From: Planctomycetota bacterium
GTDB lineage: Bacteria; Planctomycetota; SZUA-567; H5-PLA8
Assembly (NCBI GenBank): GCA_038227875.1
Contig: JBBRPR010000008.1
Coordinates: 143,595-207,594, forward strand
Direction: 5' to 3'
Length of the DNA stretch: 64,000 nt
The notes below the pieces were generated by a model. The model was not told the DNA's origin and ran no database searches. It saw nothing but the letters and a program-made list of their open reading frames with translations. Positions 49,091 to 58,681 of this stretch are shown in pieces. The translations under genes were made by a program, and so were the position numbers. Position 1 is the stretch's first letter, and each line of letters starts with the position of its first letter.

Positions 49091-51903
49091 TGTTCATTGT
49101 CGGCATCGATCTCGGCACCACCAATTCGGCCGTCGCTTACGTGGATTCGCGGACGCTCAAAGGCGGGCTGCCGAAAATCCAGTCGTTCGAAATTCCGCAA
49201 CTCGTCCGGCCCGGTCACGTGGAGTCGCGGCCGCTGCTGCCGTCGTTCATGTACCTCGCCGGCGAAAAAGAGTTGCCGAAAGGCAGCACCGCGCTGCCGT
49301 GGGACAAGGAGAACGACATCATCGTCGGCGAACTCGCGCGCGAGCTCGGCGCGAAAGTTCCGGGCCGGTTGATTGCCAGCGCGAAATCCTGGCTGTGCAG
49401 CCCGAGCGTCGACCGCACCGCCTCGATTCTGCCGTGGGGCGCGCCGGAGGGCGTAAAGCGCACGTCGCCGGTTGAGGCCAGCGCGCACTACCTCGCGCAC
49501 ATCCGAGCCGCGTGGGATCACGTCATCGCCAAGGGCGACAAGGCAAAGGCGCTTTCCAATCAGGAAATCGTCGTCACCGTTCCGGCCAGCTTCGACGAAG
49601 CCGCGCGCGAATTGACCGTCGACGCTGCGGACCTGGCGGGCCTGCCGAAAATCACGCTGCTGGAAGAACCGCAGGCCGCGTTCTATGCGTACATCGCGGA
49701 AAACTTTCTCGATCTCGACACCAAACTCGCGTCCGTCAACCGCGTGCTCGTCTGCGACGTCGGCGGCGGCACGACTGACTTCTCGCTGATCGACGTGAAG
49801 CGCACCGGCGACGAGAAACAGCCCGTCGAACTGACGCGCAGCGCGGTCGGCGACCATTTGATGCTCGGCGGCGACAACATGGACCTCGCCATCGCGCGCC
49901 ATCTGGAAAAGAAAGTCACCGGCCATCTCGATGCCCATCAGTTCAAGGCGCTGACCGCCGGCGCGCGTGACGGCAAGGAAAAACTGCTCGGCGAGAAAGC
50001 TCCCGAGAAGCTGACCGTCTCCGTGATGGGCCGTGGCGCCGGCGTGATCGGTGGCAGCGTAAAAATGCCGCTGCTGCGCGATGAAGTCGGACAGATTCTG
50101 ATCGACGGTTTCTTCCCCATTGCGAAAGTCGGCGACGAACCCATCGTGGGCCGCAGCGGCATCCGCGAGTGGGGTTTGCCCTATGTCCACGACCCGGCGG
50201 TGACGCGTCACATGGGCCAGTTCCTGCGGCGGCATGCGGGCTCCGGCGGAATCCCCGGCGTGCCGAGGCCCGACGCGGTGCTCTTCAATGGCGGCGCGAT
50301 GAAGCCGGTCCAGTTCCGCCAGCGCGTGCGTAAATTGCTCTTCGATTGGTTCGCCGCGCCGGGTTCGGCATCGGGTGATGGCGTAACGGAACTGGAAAGC
50401 CCGTCGCTCGATCTGGCCGTGGCGCTCGGCGCAGCGTACTACGGCTGCGCGCGCAAGGGCGCGGGCCTGCGCATCGGCGGCGGCATGGGGCGGTCGTATT
50501 ACATCGGCATCGAAACCGATACGTCCAAAGCGGCGATCTGCATCGTGCCGCGCGGCACGCTTGAAGGCGATCAGCTGGAGCTGGCGCAGACCTTCATCCT
50601 GCGCCTCGCCTCGCCGGTGGTATTTCCGCTCTTCTCGTCCAGCGTCCGCAGCACCGACAAGATCGGCACGATCATCGAGGAGAGCTCGACCGATCTCGTT
50701 CCGCTTCCGCCGCTGGAAACAATTCTGCACGCCGGCCGCCGCGCGGTGAAGAAGGACGTGTCGGTGCGGCTGCAGTCGAGTCTCACGGAAGTCGGCACGC
50801 TGGAACTGGCGCTGAAATCGGTCTCCGACGAACGGCGCTGGGAAGTCCACCTCAATATCCGCGCGCGAAAAACAGATGCCGCTCCGGCCGCTGCCGTCGA
50901 TGCACCGCAGACCGTCAGCGGCACCGATCCGCGCAAGCTCGAAGCGGCGCTGGCGCTCGTGCGCCGCGCGTACGATCCGCAGAATCGCGAACCGATTCCC
51001 GCGGAGATCCTGACGCGCCAGCTTGAAGCGGCGTTGCAGCTCTCCAAGGAAGCCTGGCCCGCGCCATTGGCCCGGCGGCTGGCCGACGCGCTGCTCGATC
51101 AAGCCGCGCACCGCGGCCGCAGCGCGGAGCACGAAACGCGCTGGCTGAATCTGATTGGCTATCTGCTCCGTCCCGGCTTCGGCGATCTCGCCGACCCGGA
51201 ACGGATGAAGCGGCTCTACAACGCGACGCGCACGCCGCTCAACTTTGTCTCCGAACCCAACTGCCGCATCGAGTGGTGGGTGCTCTGGCGGCGCGTCTCG
51301 GGCGGCTTGAAAGAAGATCAGGAACGCGAATTGTTCTACCGGCTGCAGCCGTTTTTGTTTGAAGACCGCGACGTCACTAAGCGCGGCGGCTGGCCGCGGC
51401 CCAGCAAAGGCGAAGTGCCGGAGATGTGGCGCTCTGCCGCGAGCCTGGAATTGCTCGACCACAAGATCAAGCGGCAACTCGGCACGAAGGTCTCCGACGA
51501 ACTGACCGACGAAGGCCCGACCACGCCGCTGCTCTGGTCGTTGGCGCGTCTCGGCGCCCGCGAACCGGCACACGCCGCGCCGCATGTCGTCGTGCCGGTC
51601 GACGCGGCCGAAGCGTGGCTCACCGCGCTGCTGGCGCTGGAATGGGCCGGCAACCCCACGGCGATTTTCGCGGCCGTCAGCCTCGCCCGTAAAACCGGCG
51701 ATCGCACGCGCGATATCTCCGACGGACTGCGCACGAAAGTGCTCGCGCGGTTGAAGAAGGAGAAGGCCACCGAGCACGACATCGCCGCGGTCAAGAGCGT
51801 CACCGAATTGGAAAGCGCCGACCGTAAGCTGATCTTCGGCGACGCGCTGCCGTCCGCGCTGCAACTCAAGACCGAAACCGAAGAACCCGTGGCCGACGCG
51901 TAA
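49090..51903 (+). CDS. Hsp70-family protein with long C-terminal extension (DUF3731-like)
   Basis: GIDLGTTNS, TVPASFD, LLEEPQAA, DVGGGTTD, GGDNMD, VLFNGG; WLNLIGYLLRPGFG. Confidence 0.88.
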   Translation: MFIVGIDLGTTNSAVAYVDSRTLKGGLPKIQSFEIPQLVRPGHVESRPLLPSFMYLAGEKELPKGSTALPWDKENDIIVGELARELGAKVPGRLIASAKSWLCSPSVDRTASILPWGAPEGVKRTSPVEASAHYLAHIRAAWDHVIAKGDKAKALSNQEIVVTVPASFDEAARELTVDAADLAGLPKITLLEEPQAAFYAYIAENFLDLDTKLASVNRVLVCDVGGGTTDFSLIDVKRTGDEKQPVELTRSAVGDHLMLGGDNMDLAIARHLEKKVTGHLDAHQFKALTAGARDGKEKLLGEKAPEKLTVSVMGRGAGVIGGSVKMPLLRDEVGQILIDGFFPIAKVGDEPIVGRSGIREWGLPYVHDPAVTRHMGQFLRRHAGSGGIPGVPRPDAVLFNGGAMKPVQFRQRVRKLLFDWFAAPGSASGDGVTELESPSLDLAVALGAAYYGCARKGAGLRIGGGMGRSYYIGIETDTSKAAICIVPRGTLEGDQLELAQTFILRLASPVVFPLFSSSVRSTDKIGTIIEESSTDLVPLPPLETILHAGRRAVKKDVSVRLQSSLTEVGTLELALKSVSDERRWEVHLNIRARKTDAAPAAAVDAPQTVSGTDPRKLEAALALVRRAYDPQNREPIPAEILTRQLEAALQLSKEAWPAPLARRLADALLDQAAHRGRSAEHETRWLNLIGYLLRPGFGDLADPERMKRLYNATRTPLNFVSEPNCRIEWWVLWRRVSGGLKEDQERELFYRLQPFLFEDRDVTKRGGWPRPSKGEVPEMWRSAASLELLDHKIKRQLGTKVSDELTDEGPTTPLLWSLARLGAREPAHAAPHVVVPVDAAEAWLTALLALEWAGNPTAIFAAVSLARKTGDRTRDISDGLRTKVLARLKKEKATEHDIAAVKSVTELESADRKLIFGDALPSALQLKTETEEPVADA

Positions 51904-51906
51904 CGA

Positions 51907-52425
51907 CTAAAACGCGAAGCGCGTCGTAAATTTCTGCGGCTTGAAGGCCGGAACAGCCAGCGGAGTCAGCGTCGCTCCTTCACCGGGGCGGAAGTGCTGC
52001 TTCGTCTCGGTCTTCTCGCCGGTCAGGTAGAGCTTGCGCAGGAAGCGCCAGTCGGCGTAAAACCAGTCCGAGGCCCAGCGGTCGAGATCGGTGATGCCGA
52101 TTTCGTGGAGCAACGTCAGACCGTAGCGCGTGGCGTCGCATTCGTACGTGTAGATCGGCGCGAGCTCCGCTTCCGTTTTTCCGGTCTGCGTGTCCAAGCC
52201 GATCTTGCGCAGCGCTGCCGACGTATTCCACTGAACGGTATGGCCGAAAAGATGTAGCAGCACGAACAGTTCGTTCTCGGTGTCGAGCGCGAAGTCGACG
52301 AAGATGTGCTCGCCGTCAAAGTCGCCCGTGTTCGGGTCGAGAACGTCGCAGACTTTCACGCGCACGCCGTAATGCTGTTCGATTCGCTCGGCCGCGGTAC
52401 GGTAGGCAAGTTTTAGGTCGGTCAT
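51907..52425 (-). CDS. Hypothetical zincin-like protein (HLFGH)
   Basis: ATGA overlap with upstream gene; LLHLFGHTVQW ... YECDA. Confidence 0.7.
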   Translation of the reverse strand: MTDLKLAYRTAAERIEQHYGVRVKVCDVLDPNTGDFDGEHIFVDFALDTENELFVLLHLFGHTVQWNTSAALRKIGLDTQTGKTEAELAPIYTYECDATRYGLTLLHEIGITDLDRWASDWFYADWRFLRKLYLTGEKTETKQHFRPGEGATLTPLAVPAFKPQKFTTRFAF

Positions 52426-53291
52426 GTGCGAATCCGTTTCTGCTCGCCGCCGCGCCGTTCCATGATTTTCGGCGCGACTTCGTCTTCGACCGTCAGTCCC
52501 GTGAACGCGCGCAGGTCGCCGATGGTCTCCTCGGTGCTCTCCACCGATTTGGCGAATTCGTCGACGCCGCTGGTGATCATGCCGGGGTCCTGCCGGTTCA
52601 CGGCCAGTTCGGAGAGCGCCGTGACTTTCGTCGAGATGCGGTCGAGCTCCAATCCGACGTACTCAAAATTTTCCCGCGCCTTGGCGAGGTTGGCTTTGCG
52701 CGTGTCGATGGTCTTCAATGTGTCTTCCAGCGTGCGGCGCATCTTTTCTTTCGTATCGGTGTTGTCGCCTTCCAGCGACTGCAGGCGCTCGCGCGCGGAT
52801 TTCTCCATGTCGAGAAACTCCGCCTCATTGGTGCTCTTTAAGAAACGCTGCAGATTCATGCGTGTGTGGAGCAGCTTCAAATAGACCCAGAGCAGCTTGT
52901 TGACGCCCTGCGCCTGGTACTCTTCCATCGTGCCGATTTTATCATCGGTCTCGCGCGGCACGACTTCGTTGATAATCTCACAGCGCTGGCGCAGTGTTTT
53001 GAAGAGCCGCTGCGACTCCGCGTCGAGTCCATAGTAAAGCTTGTTGAAGCGCTCAGACGCTTCCTGCTGCCGCTTTTCGTTATCGACGGCTCCCGCGCGC
53101 GCGTCGACGGAACGTTGGAAGCGCGGGTTGGTCGAGATTGTGCCAAGAAAGATGAGCTCCGCCGCGCAAATCAGCGGCAGCGAAACGTCGCGCATCGGCC
53201 CGATCAGCGCCGCGCACGTGAGACCGCCGAGCACCAACAGGTGCCAGTGATCGAGGAACGCGGCTTTGGCGTAGGCGAGCAGGCGATGCAT
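52422..53291 (-). CDS. Membrane-anchored coiled-coil protein
   Basis: Two N-terminal hydrophobic helices then long heptad-rich helices. Confidence 0.8.
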   Translation of the reverse strand: MHRLLAYAKAAFLDHWHLLVLGGLTCAALIGPMRDVSLPLICAAELIFLGTISTNPRFQRSVDARAGAVDNEKRQQEASERFNKLYYGLDAESQRLFKTLRQRCEIINEVVPRETDDKIGTMEEYQAQGVNKLLWVYLKLLHTRMNLQRFLKSTNEAEFLDMEKSARERLQSLEGDNTDTKEKMRRTLEDTLKTIDTRKANLAKARENFEYVGLELDRISTKVTALSELAVNRQDPGMITSGVDEFAKSVESTEETIGDLRAFTGLTVEDEVAPKIMERRGGEQKRIRT

Positions 53292-53335
53292 GGCAGGATA
53301 TTACCACAAAGATAACAACCCGTGAAGGACTGGGG

Positions 53336-53422
53336 GAATGTCGAATGTCGAATGTCGAAGGACGCTGACGCGGACGCGGAGGGGAGTTTCATTCGACATT
53401 CGTCACTCGACATTGGTCATTC
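53336..53422. repeat. Inverted heptamer-arm hairpin (GAATGTC/GACATTC)
   Basis: gaatgtcgaatgtcgaatgtcgaa ... cattcgacattcgtcactcgacattggtcattc. Confidence 0.8.
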
Positions 53423-54329
53423 AAATCACTCCTTTTTCCGCTTCCATCTTCGCGATTTTCACGCGGATGTTTTTCACTTTCTCCTGAAAGTCCATGTGCT
53501 GATAGGCGTCGACGGCCGGCTCTTCAGGGCGCGGTGCGTGGACTTCTTCGACAATTGTGCCGGGTGCATTGGAGAAGAGATAGATGCGGTCGCCGAGGAA
53601 CACGGCCTCGGTGATCGAGTGCGTCACGAAGAACACCGTCGTCTGCGAGGTCTTCCACAGATTGATCAGCAGGTCCTGCATGCGCAGACTCGTCATCGGA
53701 TCGAGCGCGCCGAAGGGTTCGTCCATCAGCAGAATGCGTGGCGAGAGAATCAGCGAGCGCGCGATCGCGACGCGCTGACGCATACCGCCGGAGAGCTGAT
53801 GCGGATACTTCATCGCGTCCTTCGACGGCGTGAGCCCGACTTTCTCCAGCCAGTGGTTGGCCTGATCGTAGCGCTCCCCGCGCGGCACGCCGCGGCATTC
53901 CAGCCCGAAGGCGACGTTATCGAGCACCGTGCGATTGGGAAACGCGGTGTAGTCCTGAAAAACCATGCCGCGATCCGCGCCGGGTCCGGTCACCGGTTTT
54001 CCGAGCACCAGCACTTCGCCTTCGGTTGGCGGGTGTTGCGGCTCAAGGCCCGCGATCAGCTTCAGCACCGTCGACTTGCCGCAGCCCGACGGTCCGAGCA
54101 CCGCGATCATCTCGCCGATGTTGGGCAGATCGGCGACATGGAACGTGACGTTCTTGATCGCCGTGTACGGCCGGCGTCCGCCATAGGTCTTCGTCACGTT
54201 TTTAAATTCGACGACATGCGGCGGCCCGGCCGGCGCCGCGGGCTTCGCGGGTTCGGGTGCTTTGACTTCCGCGGGCGCTTTCATGGGCTCCGGCGGCAAG
54301 GGCTTTTCGGCGGTCGGTTTCTCGTCCAT
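53421..54329 (-). CDS. ABC transporter ATP-binding protein (NitT/TauT family)
   Basis: GPSGCGKS, LSGGMRQR, LLMDEPFGALD, VTH. Confidence 0.93.
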   Translation of the reverse strand: MDEKPTAEKPLPPEPMKAPAEVKAPEPAKPAAPAGPPHVVEFKNVTKTYGGRRPYTAIKNVTFHVADLPNIGEMIAVLGPSGCGKSTVLKLIAGLEPQHPPTEGEVLVLGKPVTGPGADRGMVFQDYTAFPNRTVLDNVAFGLECRGVPRGERYDQANHWLEKVGLTPSKDAMKYPHQLSGGMRQRVAIARSLILSPRILLMDEPFGALDPMTSLRMQDLLINLWKTSQTTVFFVTHSITEAVFLGDRIYLFSNAPGTIVEEVHAPRPEEPAVDAYQHMDFQEKVKNIRVKIAKMEAEKGVI

Positions 54330-54337
54330 CGTGCTCT

Positions 54338-55180
54338 TTAAGCCTCTTCCTCGCGGTAGGCGAACAGTTTGGATTGGATGAATTGGAGGACGCGGTCGAG
54401 CGCGTAGGCGATCAGCGTAATCACCATCAGAATGATGTAGATGTGCTCGCTCTTGCCGCGGCGCTGCGAATTTTCAATCAGCTTGCCGAGGCCGCCGATG
54501 CTGTCGGCTCCCTGCACGATTTCCGCCAGGATGATGTAGCCGAACGCCAGGCCAAAGAGCAGCCGCAGCGAACCATAGATGTCGGGCAGCGCGAGTGGGA
54601 TCAGCACTTTCAGCGTAATCTGCGATTTGCTCGCGCCGAGCGTCAACGCGGACTGCACATACTGTTCGTGGACGTCCCGGATGGCGCGGGCGGAATCCAG
54701 GATAACGAATGCGACACAGGCGATGAAGATGAACATCACTTTCTGCTTCTCGCCCGTTTCAAACCAAATCATCGTCAGCGGCACCAGCGCGGACATCGGC
54801 ACATTCTTGCCGAAAACAGTGATCGGCGCGAGGAAGGCGTTCACGATCGGCCACGTTCCGCACAGGATGCCGATCGGCACGCCGATCAGCGCCGCCAACC
54901 CGAATCCCTGCATGATGCGCCACAACGACATGACGGTGTTGCGAGAGAGCTCACGGTCGAACCAGAGCTCATGAAACGAATTGATCGTCTCGCCCGGGCT
55001 GGGAATCATCGGCAGGATGCGATCTTCGACGCGTCCGTGCGTCAGGAGATTCCACGCCAGCAGCACCAGCGCCAGACAGATGCCGCCGGCGATGATGCGA
55101 TTGGGTATGGAGGGTTGTTGACGGAGTTTGAAGAGGCTCATTGGTAATATGGGTTTCTCTGGTCTGTAGACTGGGTCCAT
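54338..55180 (-). CDS. ABC transporter permease (NitT/TauT family)
   Basis: Multiple TM helices; EAA-like SALTLGAS; IPSP; start may be the later MSLF. Confidence 0.9.
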   Translation of the reverse strand: MDPVYRPEKPILPMSLFKLRQQPSIPNRIIAGGICLALVLLAWNLLTHGRVEDRILPMIPSPGETINSFHELWFDRELSRNTVMSLWRIMQGFGLAALIGVPIGILCGTWPIVNAFLAPITVFGKNVPMSALVPLTMIWFETGEKQKVMFIFIACVAFVILDSARAIRDVHEQYVQSALTLGASKSQITLKVLIPLALPDIYGSLRLLFGLAFGYIILAEIVQGADSIGGLGKLIENSQRRGKSEHIYIILMVITLIAYALDRVLQFIQSKLFAYREEEA

Positions 55181-55217
55181 CCGGCTGAGGTGGCCCCGTT
55201 TTCAGGGGGAGGATTTC

Positions 55218-55260
55218 GGGGGCGCTTCGCGCCCCCTCTGCCTTTTGCCTTCTGCTACTG
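55218..55260. repeat. GC hairpin plus heptamer tract (TCTGCCT)
   Basis: gggggcgc-ttc-gcgccccc then tctgcct tttgcct tctgcta. Confidence 0.6.
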
Positions 55261-55263
55261 TCC

Positions 55264-57009
55264 CTACTTCTCCGGCACGGCCTGCTGTTCGAGCGGGTAG
55301 ACCTTCACTTCCACGCGGCGGTTCTTGGCGTGATTGTTCGGGTCCTGCGGATCGGCGGGGACGTCCCAGCCTTTTCCAGTCGATCCGATCTGATTGGGAT
55401 TGATCGACGGGAACTTCTGCAGCAGCGCCTGGCGCACGGCTTCAGCGCGGCTGGTCGAAAGTTCCACCACCGACGCCACCGGCACATTACCCTTCATCGA
55501 TCCGTCGGTGTGTCCTTCGATCACGATACGCGACGCGCCGTACTGTCCGGCGAGCTTGCCGATTTCGCCGAGCACCACGTCGACATTCGGGTCGTACAGT
55601 TCATCGGCGCCGCCGTTCTTGGGGATCTTCTTGTGGACGTCGGCGCTGTTGGGGAAGAAGTGAATCACGACGGTCTTGGTCAGAATTTCACCCGACTCCG
55701 CCTGAATCGACGAGACGCTCTTCGCCGCGAAGTTGACCTGATACTTGTTGACGCTCTTGGCATATTTCTCTTCCGAACCGAGCTTCTGAATCACGGAGAA
55801 GTCGGCGACCTTGTCCCACGCCACCTTGTCGCCGGCCTTGCGGATCTGACCGTAGAGATAGTACGCGGTGTCCCAGGTCCGTTCGAAGTTCGTCGGATTA
55901 TTCTGATTCAGGAAGAAGTCGCGGTTCTCAGCGTAGTTGGTCCAGTGCGCGTCGCCGAGCATGCCCAGGGCATCTTCCGGCGGCAGCTTGTAGCCGTCGG
56001 CCATCAGCTTCGAAACCTTCAGCTTGTTCTCCTGATTGTCCAGCGCGTCGGTCGCATCGAGGAATCCACGGACGAGGCTTTCGATGATCGGGCCGTGGTC
56101 CTTGGCAAAGTCGGCGCGCGAAAACCAGACATCGGCGATCAGGCGGTTGGCGTCGGCCGTCGAGACGATCAGCTTGTTGCCCTTCACCTTCGCCAGATTG
56201 TAAATGTCCGGCGACCAGGAGACGCAGGCGGAGATCTTCTTGTCCGCGTTGAAGGCCGCGGCGGCCTGGAAGGCGTCGCCGGTGTACATGAACTTCACTT
56301 CCGACGGCTGCACGCCGCCGTTGATCAGCGCGTTGAGCACGAAATACTGCGAGGGCGAATTCTGCGAGAGCACCACGGTCTTGCCGCGCAACTGGCCGAT
56401 CGAGGTGATGCCATCGCGCGCGACAATGCCGTCGCCGCCATTGGACCAGTCGATCTGTTCGTAGACGCGCGGCATGGTGCGGGAGTCGTTCTTCAGTCCG
56501 TCGATGAGCAGCGGCAGCATGTCGACGGTCGCCCAGCCGATCTGGACATTGCCCGACGCGTACGCATCGCGCATCGCCACGGGGTCGTCGATCAGCACGA
56601 GTTCGACTTTGAATTCCGTGCCATCGGCGGCCTTCCAGACCTTCTCCGGCTTGAAGCCGTTGTTGGCGAAGATCACCGGCGCCCATCCGGCCCAGACGTT
56701 GAGCGCGAACTTGACGGTGTTGTCGGTGAGTTTGTAATTCGAGGTGCCGGCGACCGGCGGCAGCTTATCGCTGGCGACGAATTTATATTCCTTGACGGTT
56801 GTCGGCACATTGGCGTCGGCGGCTTCCACGCCGTTCATGCCCTTGGCCTTGTCGAGATCTTCCTTGGAAATATTTGGAGCTGCGCCATCGGTCTTGGCCT
56901 TGGGGAACAGGATGTCGGCGCGCATCAGCGCGAACGCCACCAGTCCCGCGACGATCGCGAACAGAGCGATCCAAAATAGGGGTTTGGGTTTGCCTGCTTC
57001 TTCTTCCAT
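55264..57009 (-). CDS. ABC substrate-binding (NMT1/THI5-like) protein fused to OmpA-like C-terminal domain
   Basis: N-terminal TM anchor; WAGWAP, DWSNGGDGIV; IEGHTD, LSTSRAEAV, NRRVE. Confidence 0.88.
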   Translation of the reverse strand: MEEEAGKPKPLFWIALFAIVAGLVAFALMRADILFPKAKTDGAAPNISKEDLDKAKGMNGVEAADANVPTTVKEYKFVASDKLPPVAGTSNYKLTDNTVKFALNVWAGWAPVIFANNGFKPEKVWKAADGTEFKVELVLIDDPVAMRDAYASGNVQIGWATVDMLPLLIDGLKNDSRTMPRVYEQIDWSNGGDGIVARDGITSIGQLRGKTVVLSQNSPSQYFVLNALINGGVQPSEVKFMYTGDAFQAAAAFNADKKISACVSWSPDIYNLAKVKGNKLIVSTADANRLIADVWFSRADFAKDHGPIIESLVRGFLDATDALDNQENKLKVSKLMADGYKLPPEDALGMLGDAHWTNYAENRDFFLNQNNPTNFERTWDTAYYLYGQIRKAGDKVAWDKVADFSVIQKLGSEEKYAKSVNKYQVNFAAKSVSSIQAESGEILTKTVVIHFFPNSADVHKKIPKNGGADELYDPNVDVVLGEIGKLAGQYGASRIVIEGHTDGSMKGNVPVASVVELSTSRAEAVRQALLQKFPSINPNQIGSTGKGWDVPADPQDPNNHAKNRRVEVKVYPLEQQAVPEK

Positions 57010-57313
57010 GGTCTTACCCTCCGTGAAATTAGACTGCTCTCTCGTGTGAATGAATTAGTACCATGCATTTTTGGTATTGGGGGAACTTTTGCGAGTACAA
57101 ATTTGGAGTTTGATTGTAACGGCCTAAGCGGTGCCGCTGATTCAGCTTCCGATTTTGAACACGCGCCGTTATCCGCGTCCGTTTGCGATCTTCGCGCGGT
57201 TTGGAAATTAGGGAGTGGATTCGGCATTTGTGCTCACACTCAATTGCGCCGATGGCAGTAAACTCAAGACTCGAACGTCTCCCTAAGAGATGATGCGTCG
57301 CCACGGAGGTGAA

Positions 57314-58681
57314 ATGCGGGTTTTTGGAATCGTTCTGTTCTTTCTGACTCTGACGGGATCGGCTTTCGCCGGTGCGGCCAGCCAGATTGCGGTGAATGCG
57401 GGTAACAACCAGACCGTGCCAGCGAACACCGCGGTGCCGGTGCTGCCGTCGGTGCTGGTGACCGATTCCGGTGGGCAGCCGGTTGCCGGCGTGTCGGTGA
57501 TGTTCGCGGTTTCGAGCGGCGGCGGCACGATCACGGGCGCGGGTCCGGTCTTGACCGATGCCAGTGGCATTGCGATGGTGGGCAGCTGGACGCTGGGCGT
57601 AGCTCCGGGAAGTAATTCGATCATGGCGACGTCCACAGGACTGACGGGAAGCCCGGTGCTCTTCACCGCGACGGGGACCGGAACTGCGGCGACCATCCAA
57701 ATCTACCTCGGCAACAACCAGACCGCTCCCTCTGGCGCGCCGGTGGCGTTTCCACCGTGTGTCATCGTCAAAGATTCCGGCGGCACAGCCGTGGCGAATG
57801 TGCCGGTGACGTTCGCGGTGACCGGCGGTGGCGGCTCGGTCTCCGATCCGCAAGCCGTCTCGAACGCCGGCGGCATCGCCATCGTGGGAAGTTGGACGCT
57901 CGGCACCACGCCCGGTACCAACACGCTGACGGCGACCTCGCCGGGCCTGACGGGAAGTCCGGTGCTCTTCACGGCGACGGCCACCTCGCCGCTGGCGTTC
58001 ATCAGTGGTCCGGTCGCCACGCCTTCGTTCGCGAATGTTGGGCAGGTCGTGACGTTCACCGTCGTTTCGAACGTCGACCCAACCACGTATACGTGGAACT
58101 TCGGCGACGGCACCGGCGACAACAGCGGCAGCGGCAGTGTGCAACACAGCTACGCCGTTGCCGGTACGTACAACGCGACGGTGATCGCGACGACCGCGAT
58201 CAGCGGCGGACAGGTGAACTCGGCCAGCACGCCGGTCCTGGTCTTCTTGCCAGTTCCGATGACGCTGACCAAGAAAGCGTTGAAGGCAGCGAATCCTTCG
58301 GCGAGCAAAGACACCATTCAGCTTCAAGGTTCACTGGTCCTTCCCGATGGTACGACGCGCTTGCCCGGAGCGGCGACCGTCAACTTTGGCGGGCTGAAGC
58401 AGTCGTTTGCGTTGACCAAAGGCAACGGCAAGTCCGGGCAGAGCACGTTCAGCATTAAGGGCAAAGTCGTGAAGAACGTACTGACATCGACGGCGGTTAC
58501 GTTCAAGATCAAGCTGATCGGAAATCTGTCGAGCGTGCTGACCAACGCGGGTCTGGCCGCCGGCACCAGCGGCTCGGTCTCCATTCCATTGCAGATCCTC
58601 TTTACGAGCACGACGTACGCTGCGAACGGAACCATCAATCTGGCGATCACGGCGAATGGGAAGTCTGTGAAGGGGCTGTGA
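57314..58681 (+). CDS. Secreted protein with two Big-1-like Ig domains, PKD and C-terminal domain
   Basis: SD GGAGGT; duplicated GNNQT...VxFAVxxGGG...SWTLG units; WNFGDG. Confidence 0.85.
   Translation: MRVFGIVLFFLTLTGSAFAGAASQIAVNAGNNQTVPANTAVPVLPSVLVTDSGGQPVAGVSVMFAVSSGGGTITGAGPVLTDASGIAMVGSWTLGVAPGSNSIMATSTGLTGSPVLFTATGTGTAATIQIYLGNNQTAPSGAPVAFPPCVIVKDSGGTAVANVPVTFAVTGGGGSVSDPQAVSNAGGIAIVGSWTLGTTPGTNTLTATSPGLTGSPVLFTATATSPLAFISGPVATPSFANVGQVVTFTVVSNVDPTTYTWNFGDGTGDNSGSGSVQHSYAVAGTYNATVIATTAISGGQVNSASTPVLVFLPVPMTLTKKALKAANPSASKDTIQLQGSLVLPDGTTRLPGAATVNFGGLKQSFALTKGNGKSGQSTFSIKGKVVKNVLTSTAVTFKIKLIGNLSSVLTNAGLAAGTSGSVSIPLQILFTSTTYAANGTINLAITANGKSVKGL

Noticed and set aside
49087..51864. Very long antisense ORFs (also 21744..24104, 30821..32680, 42433..44454, 55330..56979)
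   Set aside because: Shadows of real genes caused by high-GC codon bias; no recognisable motifs
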